Shown: one piece after another, positions 62,426 to 64,000 of the stretch
Numbering within the stretch: position 1 is the stretch's first letter
Layout: every line of letters starts with the position of its first letter
The notes under the pieces: generated by a model
Told to the model about the DNA's origin: nothing
Database searches by the model: none
What the model saw: the letters and a program-made list of their open reading frames with translations, nothing else
Program-made: the position numbers and the translations under genes
DNA from: an uncultured cyanobacterium
Lineage (GTDB): Bacteria > Cyanobacteriota > Cyanobacteriia > Leptolyngbyales > Leptolyngbyaceae
Direction of reading: 5' to 3'
Length of the DNA stretch: 64,000 nt
Assembly: GCA_963766075.1 (NCBI GenBank)
Contig: CAVYAN010000072.1
Location: 32,001-96,000 of the forward strand

Positions 62426-63394
62426 ATGAAAATTTATCATGCCTATAACTTAGTGATTTATTCAGAGCTATCCATCCCAGAACTGACGCCCTATTCTGGA
62501 GCTTCATCAACGGATTGGCCTCGCCGATCCTCTGACGTGCTAGCCACTGATGTGCCCTTTGCACCCGATGCCGATGTCGTCATTCGCTTTGGCAATGTCC
62601 AGCGGGAAGCCGACCACTATGTTGACCCCACGCGAGACGATCCAAGCTACTTGTTTGTCCGTGAGGATGGCGTGGGCGCATTCTTTATCCGTCAAGGTTG
62701 TGAGATTGTGATTGACCCAGTGAAACATTTCGATGCGGGCTACCTGCGAACCTTGTTGCTGGGTCCGGTTTTTGCAATTTTGCTCCGGCAGCGGGGGCTG
62801 TTGGTACTGCATGCCAGCGCTGTCAAAATGGGTGACTGTGCCGTGGCGTTTCTAGGGGGATCGGGCTGGGGTAAATCAACCCTGGTGACGGCCTTTCACC
62901 AGCGGGGAAATACGGTGCTGACGGATGATGTAATGCCCTTGCAGATGGATGGAGGGTTGTCGCTGGTGCTGCCATCCTATCCCCAATTTAAATTGTGTCC
63001 GGATGCGGCAGCGTCCTTTGGCAAAGAAGAAGAACTGGTACCCATTTTTCAGGGCGCGGGCAAACTCGCCTACAGCATTACCGATGGATTTCAGCACACC
63101 CCACTGCCACTCCAGCACATTTATATTTTGGGCAAAGGCGATCGCCATGCCATTGTTCCTGTTGCCCCACAACTGGCATTTATGGAACTGGTGCAACACA
63201 CCCGGGCCATGATTAGCCTGACTCAAGCCCCATTTCTGGCCGCGCATTTTCAACTCTGTACCCAACTGGTGAAAACGGTTCCGGTTTCGCGCTTTATCCG
63301 CAGGCCCGCCCTGGAAGAGTTGCCCCGCCTGATGGACATGATCGAGGCGGATGTGGCGCAATCGGTAAAACCAGATTTGGTCGGAGTGCCCTAG
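62426..63394 (+). CDS. HPr-kinase-like kinase of the lasso cluster
   Basis: LVLHASAV, Walker A GGSGWGKST, LTDD. Confidence 0.85.
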   Translation: MKIYHAYNLVIYSELSIPELTPYSGASSTDWPRRSSDVLATDVPFAPDADVVIRFGNVQREADHYVDPTRDDPSYLFVREDGVGAFFIRQGCEIVIDPVKHFDAGYLRTLLLGPVFAILLRQRGLLVLHASAVKMGDCAVAFLGGSGWGKSTLVTAFHQRGNTVLTDDVMPLQMDGGLSLVLPSYPQFKLCPDAAASFGKEEELVPIFQGAGKLAYSITDGFQHTPLPLQHIYILGKGDRHAIVPVAPQLAFMELVQHTRAMISLTQAPFLAAHFQLCTQLVKTVPVSRFIRRPALEELPRLMDMIEADVAQSVKPDLVGVP

Positions 63395-63457
63395 GCATCG
63401 GCCCCAGATGCCCCTACCCCTCAATTCGCTTAGTTCACTCTCTAGAAGCCGCCCCCC

Positions 63458-64000
63458 GTGAACGCCACCCTCCGCCATGCCAAAACCATCCTCCGCCAGG
63501 GACACAACACTGGCTCCCTAATTTGGGCCGCTGCCCGCTACTGGAGCTGTGTCTGGGTGGGCCTATTGGTGATTCAAGGCATCCTGCCCGGAATGACCGT
63601 ATACCTAACGCGGCACGTCGTCGATAGCCTGGTCGGAGCCGTGGGTGCAGGCATCTCCTGGCACAGTATCCAATCGGTGCTGCTGCCCGCCAGTGTGATG
63701 GCTGGAGTCCTGGTTTTGCAGCAGGTGCTGGATGGCGTCAGCAGTTGGGTCAATACGGCCCAGTCGGAACTGATTCAAGACCATGTGAGCGATCTGATTC
63801 AGAAAAAATCCGTCGAAATTGACTTCTCTCGCTATGACAGCTCTGACTACTATGACCAGCTCGAACGGGCGCGGGGCGGAGCCGCAGGGCGATCGCTGGC
63901 CATGCTGGGCAATGTCGGGGGCATCGTGCAAAACAGCATTACTCTGCTCACCCTGGCCGCAATTTTATTGCCCTATGGCCTCTGGCTGCCGATCATTCTG
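63458..64000 (+). CDS. ABC exporter (fused permease/ATPase type), N-terminal part; runs off the right edge
   Basis: Open frame from GTG 63458 to the window end: LIWAAARYW...LLVIQGILP...YLTRHVVDSL...YYDQLERA, typical of exporters in kinase-type lasso clusters. Confidence 0.8.
   Translation, partial: MNATLRHAKTILRQGHNTGSLIWAAARYWSCVWVGLLVIQGILPGMTVYLTRHVVDSLVGAVGAGISWHSIQSVLLPASVMAGVLVLQQVLDGVSSWVNTAQSELIQDHVSDLIQKKSVEIDFSRYDSSDYYDQLERARGGAAGRSLAMLGNVGGIVQNSITLLTLAAILLPYGLWLPIIL

Overview
Cyanobacterial chromosomal segment: the HIP1 octamer GCGATCGC occurs throughout, and hmp/pil taxis, ndhF1/ndhD1, urt and cyaC genes are present. From left to right: (1) the Hmp/Pil chemotaxis-like motility locus (partial MCP, CheW, CheY, PatA-type regulator, divergent hmpF) and tilS; (2) an NrtABD/CmpABD-like ABC transporter behind a c-di-AMP (ydaO/yuaA) riboswitch; (3) KGK protein, ccsA, an HD-like protein, Crp, and a coupled pair of a disordered repeat-bearing scaffold-like protein and a degenerate Hsp70-fold protein; (4) ndhF1-ndhD1, HU, pcrA, metK, HAD, rps1, nrdR, adenylate cyclase cyaC, ureEFG and NtcA-controlled urtABCDE; (5) a roughly 1985-aa secreted multi-phosphatase (EEP, phytase-like, beta-propeller phytase, PhoD, RTX); (6) an exopolysaccharide locus (priming glycosyltransferase, wzc, wza) that runs, on the same strand, into a lasso-peptide cluster (RRE, B2 protease, cyclase, two very different precursors, HPrK-like kinase, ABC exporter, truncated by the window end). 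One of the two precursors is missing from the ORF track. Five single-base frameshifts, mostly in short base runs and including one in ccsA, probably reflect sequencing error. All calls rest on recognised motifs and synteny; no database searches were run.
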